DNA of 64,000 nt. Origin: an uncultured Clostridia bacterium (GTDB lineage Bacteria > Bacillota > Clostridia > Christensenellales > UBA1242). The notes beneath the pieces were generated by a model. It was not told the DNA's origin and did no database searches. It worked only from the letters and a program-made list of their open reading frames with translations. Shown here piece after piece: positions 28,001 through 36,649 of this stretch. The stretch lies in the NCBI GenBank assembly GCA_944381135.1, contig CALWJY010000002.1:1929-65928 (forward strand). The letters are read 5' to 3'. Each line of letters opens with the position of its first letter. Position 1 is the stretch's first letter. Both the position numbers and the translations under genes were made by a program.

Positions 28001-28666
28001 TCATGTCTTTGCCAAAATGGAGCCGTCAGCAGTTGAAATAATGATTGAATAGGTCTCGTTTTCAACATTGATGACAGTGAAGCACCAAAAAGTTCCATCA
28101 AAATTGTTTGCCTGTTTGTCTAAAACTCGCAAATAGCACTCTGCATTAAGATGACTGCCCGACTTAAGTTTTGTGATTTCTTCTTCAAGTTCGGCGCTTG
28201 CAATTTCGATGGCTTGTTGGTCGTTTACAACAAAGTTATTGGAAAGATTTTCAAGCGAAATTTCCTGCCCTTCATAACTTAGTGTAACAACTTCATCCCC
28301 GGTCAATCGCCTTTCAAGGTCAACCATAAAACAATTGTTCAAGCCGTTTATTTCAAGTTCAACCTCACTTTGTGTCCCATCAATTGTCAAAGTTGCCTTA
28401 ATCAAATCTTGCCCCAAACCCTCATTGAAACAAACACTCAAAAGCGCAAAATCCACTTTGTTCTCACTGCTTCCATTCATCAAATATGGCTCTTCCCTCA
28501 CACCCGAGGAAATGGAAGCATAGAAATTTTCCGCTTCGCCATAATAGAACACACTTGTCCACTCTGACATGTTGTCCTCGACATAATCGGCTGTGGTTTT
28601 TCCACAACCAAAAAGCCCAATTGAAAGACATGCAAGCATAAGTCCCAAACAAATTTTCTTCTTCAT
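28001..28666 (-). CDS. putative lipoprotein
   Basis: MKKKICLGLMLACLSIGLFGC is a signal peptide with lipobox LFGC. A GAGGTGA RBS lies upstream. I recognise no family. Confidence 0.7.
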   Translation of the reverse strand: MKKKICLGLMLACLSIGLFGCGKTTADYVEDNMSEWTSVFYYGEAENFYASISSGVREEPYLMNGSSENKVDFALLSVCFNEGLGQDLIKATLTIDGTQSEVELEINGLNNCFMVDLERRLTGDEVVTLSYEGQEISLENLSNNFVVNDQQAIEIASAELEEEITKLKSGSHLNAECYLRVLDKQANNFDGTFWCFTVINVENETYSIIISTADGSILAKT

Positions 28667-28709
28667 TTTTTCACCTCACAAACAAATTTTTACACATTTC
28701 AAATATATG

Positions 28710-28738
28710 TTGGACAATTTATAAAAATGTGTTAAAAT
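28710..28738 (+). promoter_or_regulatory. sigma-A promoter of fba
   Basis: TTGGAC (28710-28715), 17 nt, TAAAAT (28733-28738), with TGt extended -10. Confidence 0.55.
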
Positions 28739-28764
28739 GTTACGAAACAAAAGGAATTTTGACG

Positions 28765-29679
28765 ATGACACTTAAAACATATCTTCAATCTGGTGCAAAA
28801 GATGGTTTTGCGCTTGGTGCCTACAACTTTTTTAACTTGGAAACACTGTTTGGAATTTGTGAAGGATGCAAAAAATCAAACTCACCAGCAATTTTAGCTT
28901 TGTCCGAAAGTGGATTGAAGTATTTTTCACCAAAACTTGCCCGCCCCGCTGTTGACGCCATGAAAAAGAAGTTCAACCTTCCGCTTTTCTTACATCTTGA
29001 CCACGGACACAGTTTTGAAATTTGCAAACTTGCAGTGGACCTTGGTTTCGACAGTGTCATGATTGATGGAAGCGCGTTGCCATTTGAAGACAATGTCCGC
29101 TTGACACAAAAAGTGGTTGACTATGCCCACAAAAAAGTTGTTTTGGTTGAAGCAGAACTTGGAGTGTTGTCAAATGTTGAAGATTCAACAAATTCAAACT
29201 TGACTTCATACACAAAACCAAAACAAGCTCAAGAATTTATCAAGAAAACAAAATGCGACTCTTTGGCAGTTGCAATTGGCACAAGTCATGGAGCCTACAA
29301 ATTTCATGAAAAGCAAGAAATTCGGTTTGATATTCTTGAAGAAATTGAAAATATGATTCCAAAAACTCCCCTTGTTTTACATGGTGCTTCAAGCGTTCCA
29401 GAGGAATATGTGAAAATCATAAACGAAAATGGAGGCAAAATTGATGGAGCAATCGGCATACCTGAACAAATTTTGCGAGAAGTTGCAACCAAACACCACA
29501 TTGCAAAAATCAACACCGACACAGACATCCGACTTTGCATAAGCGCAACCTTTCGAAAACATCTCACACAAAATCCAAACGGAATTGACTTACGCAAACC
29601 GGGCGCTGAGGCAATTGAAGAAATCTCAAAATTTGTTGCTGACAAAAACAGACTTTTTGGCTCTGAAAACAAAATTTAA
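28765..29679 (+). CDS. fba: class II fructose-bisphosphate aldolase
   Basis: Motifs LHLDHG, GTSHGAYKF and LVLHGASSVP. I placed the start at the ATG at 28765 (MTLKTYLQ) with AAAGGAA upstream. The track start at 28729 is a non-ATG extension. Confidence 0.9.
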   Translation: MTLKTYLQSGAKDGFALGAYNFFNLETLFGICEGCKKSNSPAILALSESGLKYFSPKLARPAVDAMKKKFNLPLFLHLDHGHSFEICKLAVDLGFDSVMIDGSALPFEDNVRLTQKVVDYAHKKVVLVEAELGVLSNVEDSTNSNLTSYTKPKQAQEFIKKTKCDSLAVAIGTSHGAYKFHEKQEIRFDILEEIENMIPKTPLVLHGASSVPEEYVKIINENGGKIDGAIGIPEQILREVATKHHIAKINTDTDIRLCISATFRKHLTQNPNGIDLRKPGAEAIEEISKFVADKNRLFGSENKI

Positions 29680-29819
29680 AAGTGTAATGACAAAACGAAA
29701 GTCAAAACACAAAAACAGTAAAAACAAAAAAACTTAAAAATCGAAAAACGAACACAAAAAATGCAAAATAAACTCAAAAAAAGCAAAAATTGATAAATTT
29801 AATATAAAAAGGATAAAAA

Positions 29820-30581
29820 ATGGAAAAAAATTCATCATCACGCAATTCTTCATCAGACAAGAAAAAGAGCGGTTCAAAAGTTGACCATGGCGGACACCGC
29901 GTGAGACTGACAAAACTTGTGTCAGACGCTGGAATTGAAAATGTGACAGACATTCAAGCTGTCGAATTTTTTCTGACATACATCATTCCAAGATGTGATG
30001 TCAACCCTCTTGCTCACAGGCTGTTGGACAGATATGGAAATTTTGGAAACATCATTGATGCGGACGTAAACGACCTTAAGAATGTTGAAGGAATCAGCAA
30101 TCAAAGTGCCATGAAAATCAAATTGTTTAAGTCGCTGATGGAGCACTACATCATTTCAAAATCAATGAAACGAATCAGTCTGCAAAACAAAAATGAGTTT
30201 TTGGACTTTTTGGAAAGTTTGATGCAAAACAAGCCCACAGAAAACTTATATTTGCTTGCAATCGACCACGGGTTTAAATTGATTGGAATGAGAAAATATG
30301 ATTTGGACAAAGTGCGAAATGTTGGACTTGAACCAATTGAAATCTATAAATTCATCATTTCAACTCACCCAGCATATCTCGCTTGCGCCCACAACCATCC
30401 GGGCGGAAGTGCCATGGCAACAGGAAACGACCAAAACGCAAGCAAATACATCATTGAAATCATAAAAAACTTGGAGTGCCAATTCCTTGACAGTTTGATT
30501 GTTGGAACAGACGGAATCTATAGTGTGAAAAACGATGGTTTCCTCAGAAACTATGACAATGTGGTTGACTTTCACTTATAA
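29820..30581 (+). CDS. RadC-like JAB-domain protein (paralogue 1, divergent metal motif)
   Basis: The N-terminal GHRVRLTKL and LAHRLLDRYGNFGNI match the RadC HhH region. The C-terminal AHNHPGGSAMATGND departs from the canonical HxHPxG-x3-PS-x2-D motif. Confidence 0.75.
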   Translation: MEKNSSSRNSSSDKKKSGSKVDHGGHRVRLTKLVSDAGIENVTDIQAVEFFLTYIIPRCDVNPLAHRLLDRYGNFGNIIDADVNDLKNVEGISNQSAMKIKLFKSLMEHYIISKSMKRISLQNKNEFLDFLESLMQNKPTENLYLLAIDHGFKLIGMRKYDLDKVRNVGLEPIEIYKFIISTHPAYLACAHNHPGGSAMATGNDQNASKYIIEIIKNLECQFLDSLIVGTDGIYSVKNDGFLRNYDNVVDFHL

Positions 30582-30809
30582 TGCCCAACACGAATTAACC
30601 ATTTGCACATATGCACAAATTTTGATTTAATCAAATTTCTCATGTTTAGATTAATAAAACAAATAAAAAATTAAAATTAAAAAAAGTAAAAATGATAAAA
30701 TTAATTAAAAATTCCAAAAATTTGATTAAAAATATTAAAAATTTAATAAAAAATCAATAAAAATATAAAAAAAATTGTTTTTTTGCAATTTTATCATCAA
30801 ATTTAAAAT

Positions 30810-30841
30810 AAAACAGAGAAGTATTTAAATTTCCCTGTTTT
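30810..30841. terminator. central hairpin, putative bidirectional terminator between convergent radC-like and MBL genes
   Basis: AAAACAGAGAA (30810-30820) pairs with TTCCCTGTTTT (30831-30841) with one mismatch. T-rich sequence follows on the plus strand and U-rich sequence follows on the minus strand. Confidence 0.45.
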
Positions 30842-30964
30842 TTGTTTGTTCAATCATTTAAAAAACAATTTTTTATTCTTTTGTTGTTTTTATTGTTTTA
30901 ATTTTTATAATTTTATTTTTTAGTTTAAATTTTTATTTTTATTTTAATTTTAAATCTAAAATAA

Positions 30965-30995
30965 CATTTAAATTTGTCATTTAAATTTGTCATTT
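30965..30995. repeat. 13-bp tandem direct repeat (2.4 copies)
   Basis: catttaaatttgt occurs at 30965-30977 and 30978-30990, followed by a partial copy. It lies just 3-prime of the MBL gene stop. Confidence 0.8.
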
Positions 30996-31007
30996 TTAAA
31001 ATGATTT

Positions 31008-31790
31008 TCATTTTAGTCTGAAAAGAGTTGTTGGCTTTGTCAACGCAACATCAATTTTAAACGATTCTCCTTCAATCAAATCATGGTCAGCCAAAAATGA
31101 AGATATGTAGTTGAATGCAAGTTCTGGAGTGTTGTTTTCTGTGCTTAAATGTGAAAGGACAATTTGTTTCGTGCCGGTTTTCACAAGTTTTTCAATAAAC
31201 TCTGCAGAAGCGTCATTTGAAAGATGTCCGTTTTTTCCTGCAATTCTCATTTTGGTTGCAAGAGGATATCTCTGATTGTTTCTCAGCATGCTTAAATCAT
31301 GATTTGCCTCCAAATAGACAAGTTGACTTTTTTGCACGCTTTTGAAAATTCGTTCATCAGTATGTCCCAAATCTGTCAAAATACTGATTTTTTTGTCTTT
31401 TTCAGTAAGCGAAAACCCAAAACATTTGACATCATGCGGAACTTCAACAGGGTCAATCGCCAAATCTTTGATTGCGAATGTTTCCGTGAAGATTTTTTTG
31501 TTCTTATCAGGCAATTTGTCAAGTTTTTCATAGAGCGTTCTCCAAACCTCATCATGTGCATAAACCGGAATGTCGTATTTTCGGCTGAACACATCCACTC
31601 CTTTGATGTGGTCAACATGTTCGTGCGTCAAAACAATACCGTCAATTTGGTTTCCACTTATTCCAAGAAGAGAAAGTCTCCTGTCCGTTTCTTTGCATGA
31701 AAGACCATCGTCCACAAGAATTCGGGCGTTTTCTGTCTCAACATATGTCAAATTTCCGTCACTTCCGGAAGAAAGATTGATAACTCTCAT
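31008..31790 (-). CDS. MBL-fold metallo-hydrolase (YycJ/WalJ-like)
   Basis: 260 aa with the HxHxDH motif THEHVDH. Confidence 0.85.
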   Translation of the reverse strand: MRVINLSSGSDGNLTYVETENARILVDDGLSCKETDRRLSLLGISGNQIDGIVLTHEHVDHIKGVDVFSRKYDIPVYAHDEVWRTLYEKLDKLPDKNKKIFTETFAIKDLAIDPVEVPHDVKCFGFSLTEKDKKISILTDLGHTDERIFKSVQKSQLVYLEANHDLSMLRNNQRYPLATKMRIAGKNGHLSNDASAEFIEKLVKTGTKQIVLSHLSTENNTPELAFNYISSFLADHDLIEGESFKIDVALTKPTTLFRLK

Positions 31791-31799
31791 TGCGTGAAC

Positions 31800-31829
31800 A
31801 TTTTATCATATGTGCACGCATTTTGTCAA
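31800..31829 (-). promoter_or_regulatory. sigma-A promoter of the MBL gene (leaderless or near-leaderless transcript)
   Basis: The minus strand reads TTGACA (31824-31829), 18 nt, TGaTAAAAT (-10 at 31800-31805). Only 9 nt separate the -10 from the ATG at 31790 and there is no SD. The spacer contains CATATGTGCA (31807-31816). Confidence 0.55.
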
Positions 31830-31958
31830 CTGAAAACCCCACACAGAACATTCAAAAAGTTTTAACAAATTTAATTCTCTTCTCATAAAAATATATTGTT
31901 TGAAATCGAAACAAAACCATGAAATTTTGCGAAATCCCTTTATTTTGCCATGAGAATA

Positions 31959-31967
31959 TGATATAAT
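31959..31967 (+). promoter_or_regulatory. extended -10 promoter of the membrane-protein gene at 32048
   Basis: TGaTATAAT spans 31959-31967. The -35 is poor. About 80 nt of A-rich leader runs up to the AAGGAG RBS. Confidence 0.4.
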
Positions 31968-32047
31968 ATTTTTATAGTAAAAAAAGCAAGAAAAACAAAA
32001 TCAAAAGTAAAAAACAACAAAAATTTGCGAAAACAAGGAGAACAATT

Positions 32048-32692
32048 GTGAATTTGGAAAATTTGTTTAAAGATAAGAAAAATTGGATTATTGGCCTGTG
32101 TATTGCTCAAATTTGCTTAATTTTAATCTATTCCATCGGCGCACTTGCCACCAACAATTTTTACAGCCCACTCAGCCAATTCATCTCAATTCTTGACATG
32201 ATTGTTGGCATTGTGGTGTTTGCTTTGGCAATTCTTGCAGTCGTCAAAGAAAGCAAATTTTGGACCAAAACACTGTTTATAACCTATTTTGCATATATAT
32301 TTTTCACAAATATGTTCGGTTTTTACACCTACCTTTACAACTTTTCTTCAAGCGACGGAATCAATGTTTGTTTTGGAATTTTCGGTTTGATTGACTCACT
32401 TTTGGTTGTTGCAATTGGAATTGTTTACATGCTGACAATTTCAGGAATCATTAAAAACGAAAAAATAACAGACATCTTGGTTGGAATCAGATTGATTTCT
32501 GTGGCAATTTTGTTTATCATTTCAATTGTGGCAATTGCAACTTCAGGCGCTTTGTGGTATTCATTCTTGTCATATCTTCAAGGCATTGTCGTGACTTTGT
32601 TGTTCTTTGTGGCAACTAAATTTAATGAACCTGCAAAAGTTGAAAATCAAACAAATTCATCTTCAGAAGAAAACGAACAGACTCAAGAATAA
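32048..32692 (+). CDS. multi-pass membrane protein, hypothetical
   Basis: GTG start with an AAGGAG RBS 7 nt upstream. It has about six hydrophobic helices and an acidic/polar tail (NSSSEENEQTQE). Confidence 0.65.
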   Translation: MNLENLFKDKKNWIIGLCIAQICLILIYSIGALATNNFYSPLSQFISILDMIVGIVVFALAILAVVKESKFWTKTLFITYFAYIFFTNMFGFYTYLYNFSSSDGINVCFGIFGLIDSLLVVAIGIVYMLTISGIIKNEKITDILVGIRLISVAILFIISIVAIATSGALWYSFLSYLQGIVVTLLFFVATKFNEPAKVENQTNSSSEENEQTQE

Positions 32693-32839
32693 TTTTTCAA
32701 CAAATTCACAAATTGTAATAATACAGGATTTGTAAAAATAAATAAAACATAAAACACCTTCTTTTGAAGGTGTTTTTTCATTTGAACATATGCTCATTTA
32801 ATCTTTTTTAAAAATTGCCTTGATTTTCTTCCACAACTT

Positions 32840-35674
32840 TCAGCGTCTGTCTTCTTTGTCTTTTTCAAGAATTTTCTTTAAGAACTGACCTGTGTAACTG
32901 TTTTTGTTTTCGGCAACTTCCTCCGGCGTGCCTGTGGCAACAATTGTTCCGCCCTCATCACCACCCTCTGGACCAAGGTCGATGATGTAATCTGCACACT
33001 TGATGACATCCAAATTGTGTTCAATCACAACAACCGAATTTCCGTTTCCAATCAAGCGTTGCAAAATTGCAATGAGTTTCTTGACATCAAACACATGAAG
33101 TCCGGTGGTTGGCTCATCCAAAATATACATCGTCTTTCCGGTGTCTTTTCTTGCAAGTTCAGTTGCCAACTTCACGCGCTGAGCCTCTCCGCCAGAAAGT
33201 GTGGTTGCTGGTTGACCAAGTTTGATGTATGAAAGCCCAACATCATAGAGCGTTTGAATTTTGTTTTTGATGGAAGGGATGTTTTCAAAAAATTTCAAAG
33301 CCTCTTCCACTGTCATGTCCAAAACATCACTGATGGTTTTGCCTTTATATTTCACTTCCAAAGTCTCGCGGTTATATCTCTTCCCATGGCAAACTTCACA
33401 AGGAACTGTGATGTCCGGCAAGAAATACATCTCAATTTCTTTCACGCCAGCACCCTCGCACGCCTCACATCTTCCGCCCTTGATGTTAAACGAAAAGCGT
33501 CCTGTTCCAAAACCACGCGCCTTGGCGTCAGGCGTTGCAGCAAAAAGTTCTCGGATTTGTGTGAAAACACCTGTGTAGGTGGCTGGATTGCTTCGTGGAG
33601 TTCTTCCAATTGGCGCTTGGTCTATGCTGATAACTTTGTCCAAAGCTTCGGCGTTTTTGATTTCCTTGAAATTTCCAAGTTCCAATTTGCTGTTGTTGAG
33701 AAGATTGGAAAGATATGGAAACAAAATTCCATTAATCAAACTTGACTTTCCTCCTCCCGAAACACCCGTCACAAGAGTCAAAATTCCTGTTGGAATGTCA
33801 ACATCAATGTTTTTGAGGTTGTTTTGTTTTGCACCAACAATCTTTATGAAATCTTTTGGCTTTCTTCGCTCTTTCGGAATTTCAATTTTTTCATCTCCAC
33901 GAAGAAAGCGTGCTGTGATGGATTTCTTGCTTTTCATCACTTGCTCAACAGTTCCGCTTGCCACAATTTCGCCGCCATGCACACCAGCATATGGCCCAAC
34001 ATCCACAAGGAAGTCCGCTGCTCTGATTGTGTCCTCGTCGTGCTCGACAACAATCAAAGTGTTGCCCAAATCTTTCAAATTTTTGAGCGAAGCAAGCAAT
34101 TTTTCATTGTCTCTTTGATGAAGCCCAATGGATGGCTCGTCTAAAATGTAAAGCACTCCCACAAGCCCGCTTCCAATTTGTGTTGCAAGCCTGATTCTCT
34201 GTGCCTCACCACCAGACAAACTTTCAGCCGAACGGTTTAAGGTGAGATATGAAAGTCCAACATCATTCAAAAAGTTCAACCTCGCCAAAATTTCTTTCAA
34301 AATTGGCTCTGCAATCTGACTTTTTGCTTTGCTTAGTTGCAAGTTCTGAAAAGTTGGAATGAGAGTTTTGATGCTGTAGGAGCAATAGTCATCAATGTCC
34401 TTATGGTTGATTTTCACCGAAAGCGCACTCTCATTCAAGCGTTTGCCGTGGCACACATGACAAGTTTGCTCTCGCATAAATCTGCCAATTTCAAACTTTG
34501 CCCATTCACTTGTGGTTTCGCGATATCTACGCCTCAAGTTGTTGACAATTCCCTCAAAATTGACGGAAATCATATGTTTTCCGCGCTCGTTGTCCACTTC
34601 AACATCAATCCTATCCGTTCCCGTGCCATAAAGAAGAATGTTGAGTTTGTCTTTTGGCAACTTTTTGACAGGTGTGTTCATGTCAATTTCATACTGCTTT
34701 GCAACCGCTGTGAGATAACTTTTTGCAAGCGACCCCTCTTCCATTCTCCAACCTGTGATGTTGAACGCCCCCTCATTGATGGAAAGGTTGCCATTTTTCA
34801 AAACGAGACCCTCGTCAATGTCCAACGTGAACCCCAAGCCTGTGCAATTTGGACAAGCGCCATATGGAGCGTTGAAAGAGAAAAGTCTTGGACTGATTTC
34901 CTCCAGTGTCCAACCGCACTCAGGGCAGGCATAGTTGGTGGAGAAAAGTTCGTTTTTCTCTCCATTTGAGACAATCACAAGCCCATCGGCAAGTTTGAGA
35001 GCGGTTTCCAAACTCCCGGAAAGACGAGTGTCTTTGCCATCTTTCAAAGTTATGCGGTCAACAACAACACTGATGTTGTGTTTAATGTTTTTGTCAAGAA
35101 CAATCGTTTCATCCAAAGTGAAAATTGAGCCATCAACTTCCACACGGACATATCCACTTCGCTTCAAACTGTCCAAAAGTTTTTCGTGGCGCCCCTTTTG
35201 CCCACGAACAACAGGCGCAAGAATGGTGATTTTTGCACCCTCGCCATATTCTTTGATTGCATCAACAATTTGGTCGATGGTTTGCTGCTTGACCTCGCGA
35301 TGACAATGCGGACAGTAAGGCGTCCCAACACGCGCAAAAAGCAGACGAAGATAGTCATAAATCTCCGTCACAGTCCCAACAGTCGAACGCGGATTGCGGT
35401 TGGTTGTTTTTTGGTCAATTGAAATGGCTGGCGAAAGTCCTTCAATCACTTCCACATCTGGCTTTTGAGTTGAACCCAAAAATTGACGCGCATATGACGA
35501 CAAACTTTCAATATATCTTCTCTGCCCCTCTGCAAAAATTGTGCCAAAAGCAAGCGAACTTTTGCCCGAACCACTCACTCCGGTGAAGACCACAAATTTG
35601 TCACGCGGAATTTCCAAACTGACATTTTTAAGGTTGTTTTCTTTTGCGCCAACAATTTTAATTGAATTTTTCAT
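32840..35674 (-). CDS. uvrA: excinuclease ABC subunit A
   Basis: 944 aa with two ABC modules (GVSGSGKSSLAF and GVSGGGKSSLIN), LSGGEAQR twice, and CxxC zinc-finger pairs. Confidence 0.97.
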   Translation of the reverse strand: MKNSIKIVGAKENNLKNVSLEIPRDKFVVFTGVSGSGKSSLAFGTIFAEGQRRYIESLSSYARQFLGSTQKPDVEVIEGLSPAISIDQKTTNRNPRSTVGTVTEIYDYLRLLFARVGTPYCPHCHREVKQQTIDQIVDAIKEYGEGAKITILAPVVRGQKGRHEKLLDSLKRSGYVRVEVDGSIFTLDETIVLDKNIKHNISVVVDRITLKDGKDTRLSGSLETALKLADGLVIVSNGEKNELFSTNYACPECGWTLEEISPRLFSFNAPYGACPNCTGLGFTLDIDEGLVLKNGNLSINEGAFNITGWRMEEGSLAKSYLTAVAKQYEIDMNTPVKKLPKDKLNILLYGTGTDRIDVEVDNERGKHMISVNFEGIVNNLRRRYRETTSEWAKFEIGRFMREQTCHVCHGKRLNESALSVKINHKDIDDYCSYSIKTLIPTFQNLQLSKAKSQIAEPILKEILARLNFLNDVGLSYLTLNRSAESLSGGEAQRIRLATQIGSGLVGVLYILDEPSIGLHQRDNEKLLASLKNLKDLGNTLIVVEHDEDTIRAADFLVDVGPYAGVHGGEIVASGTVEQVMKSKKSITARFLRGDEKIEIPKERRKPKDFIKIVGAKQNNLKNIDVDIPTGILTLVTGVSGGGKSSLINGILFPYLSNLLNNSKLELGNFKEIKNAEALDKVISIDQAPIGRTPRSNPATYTGVFTQIRELFAATPDAKARGFGTGRFSFNIKGGRCEACEGAGVKEIEMYFLPDITVPCEVCHGKRYNRETLEVKYKGKTISDVLDMTVEEALKFFENIPSIKNKIQTLYDVGLSYIKLGQPATTLSGGEAQRVKLATELARKDTGKTMYILDEPTTGLHVFDVKKLIAILQRLIGNGNSVVVIEHNLDVIKCADYIIDLGPEGGDEGGTIVATGTPEEVAENKNSYTGQFLKKILEKDKEDRR

Positions 35675-35830
35675 TTCTTTTCACCCATTTTTATAAAGTT
35701 TTTAATTTATCAAAACAAATAATTTTGAACCAAAGTCCTGAAAACTGCAATTTTCTTTCTTCGTTTAAGACACGCAAAAACAATTGATTGTTTTCACTGA
35801 AAATTATATCACACTTTGTGCAAAAAATTT

Positions 35831-35855
35831 CAACAAAAAAGCCACATTTTGTGGC
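35831..35855 (-). terminator. intrinsic terminator after the small membrane-protein gene
   Basis: Minus-strand RNA forms GCCACA-AAA-UGUGGC (35841-55) followed by UUUUUUGUUG. Confidence 0.65.
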
Positions 35856-35869
35856 AATTTTAATTTAAT

Positions 35870-36373
35870 TCAGCATAAATCAATTCCTGTATAGCGGTCA
35901 TCATCTTCGGGCAGCTCTTTCTTTTTCCCATTTTCTTGCGTCAACATTCCAACAACACCAAGTGAAGTCCCTACCACCACTGAAGAACCAAGCATGCCAA
36001 AAATTTTTCTCAAAGAAACATCATCCATTTGCTCTTGAACCGAAACATATTCTGCCGAAATTTCTGGAGAGACATTTTCACTTGTCATATATTCTTCCAC
36101 ATCCAACTCTTGCAGATTGCCAACCTTTTCAGCAAATTCTTCAGGCGTGATTTGATTTGCATTAAGTTGAAGTTTAAATTCCTCAATTTGTTGAAGTTTA
36201 AACTCCTCATTTGCCTCATAAAAACCACTTCGCTCAACGAGATTGTTTTTGTTTTCAATCAACTCGGCGTTATCGTCGTTGACCAGAAAGAAAACCATGG
36301 AACCAAAGGCACACAAAGCCACCAAACCACTCACAAATGCAGCAACTCTTTTCTTTGTTGTGTTTTTAATCAT
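35870..36373 (-). CDS. small bitopic membrane protein inserted between uvrB and uvrA, hypothetical
   Basis: The start is ATG 36373 (MIKNTTKK) with a GGAGG 5 nt upstream. It has N- and C-terminal hydrophobic helices and an acidic coiled central part containing the EEFKLQ duplication. Confidence 0.6.
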   Translation of the reverse strand: MIKNTTKKRVAAFVSGLVALCAFGSMVFFLVNDDNAELIENKNNLVERSGFYEANEEFKLQQIEEFKLQLNANQITPEEFAEKVGNLQELDVEEYMTSENVSPEISAEYVSVQEQMDDVSLRKIFGMLGSSVVVGTSLGVVGMLTQENGKKKELPEDDDRYTGIDLC

Positions 36374-36472
36374 ATCATCCTCCATTTAAGTGACCATTTC
36401 AACATATGCTCACATTTACAAATCATCTGAATTGTCCAAACTTTTCAGGTTTTCAAATCATCCACATCATTC

Positions 36473-36511
36473 TCAGACCATCACAACAGCTTTAAGTTTC
36501 CCTTTTGTCAT
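36473..36511 (-). CDS. 12-codon upstream ORF (candidate leader peptide MTKGKLKAVVMV)
   Basis: AAGAGGAAAAT-ATG-...-TGA lies just downstream of the strong promoter at 36534-36563 and about 100 nt upstream of the 35870-36373 gene. Confidence 0.25.
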   Translation of the reverse strand: MTKGKLKAVVMV

Positions 36512-36533
36512 ATTTTCCTCTTAAAACAAAAAC

Positions 36534-36563
36534 ATTATATCACCATTTTGCCTTTTTTGTCAA
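36534..36563 (-). promoter_or_regulatory. sigma-A promoter (membrane-protein gene / uORF)
   Basis: The minus strand reads TTGACA (36558-36563), 18 nt, TGaTATAAT (-10 at 36534-36539). Confidence 0.6.
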
Positions 36564-36649
36564 TATGTCGATTTTACATTTTGAGATTTAATATGAGGTT
36601 TATATATTTTTCAATGTTTTGTTTATTAACATTTTTTAAGACAGCCAAA

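Noticed and set aside
30965-30995. Tandem 13-bp repeat as a CRISPR or other array
   Set aside because: There are only 2.4 contiguous copies with no spacers, and no cas genes. It is a simple tandem duplication.
35727-35738. Possible LexA (Cheo) box GAACCAAAGTCC upstream of uvrA
   Set aside because: It has only one good half-site (GAAC-N4-GTCC instead of GTTC) and lacks the flanking C/G. No comparable site is present upstream of uvrB. This is too weak to call.
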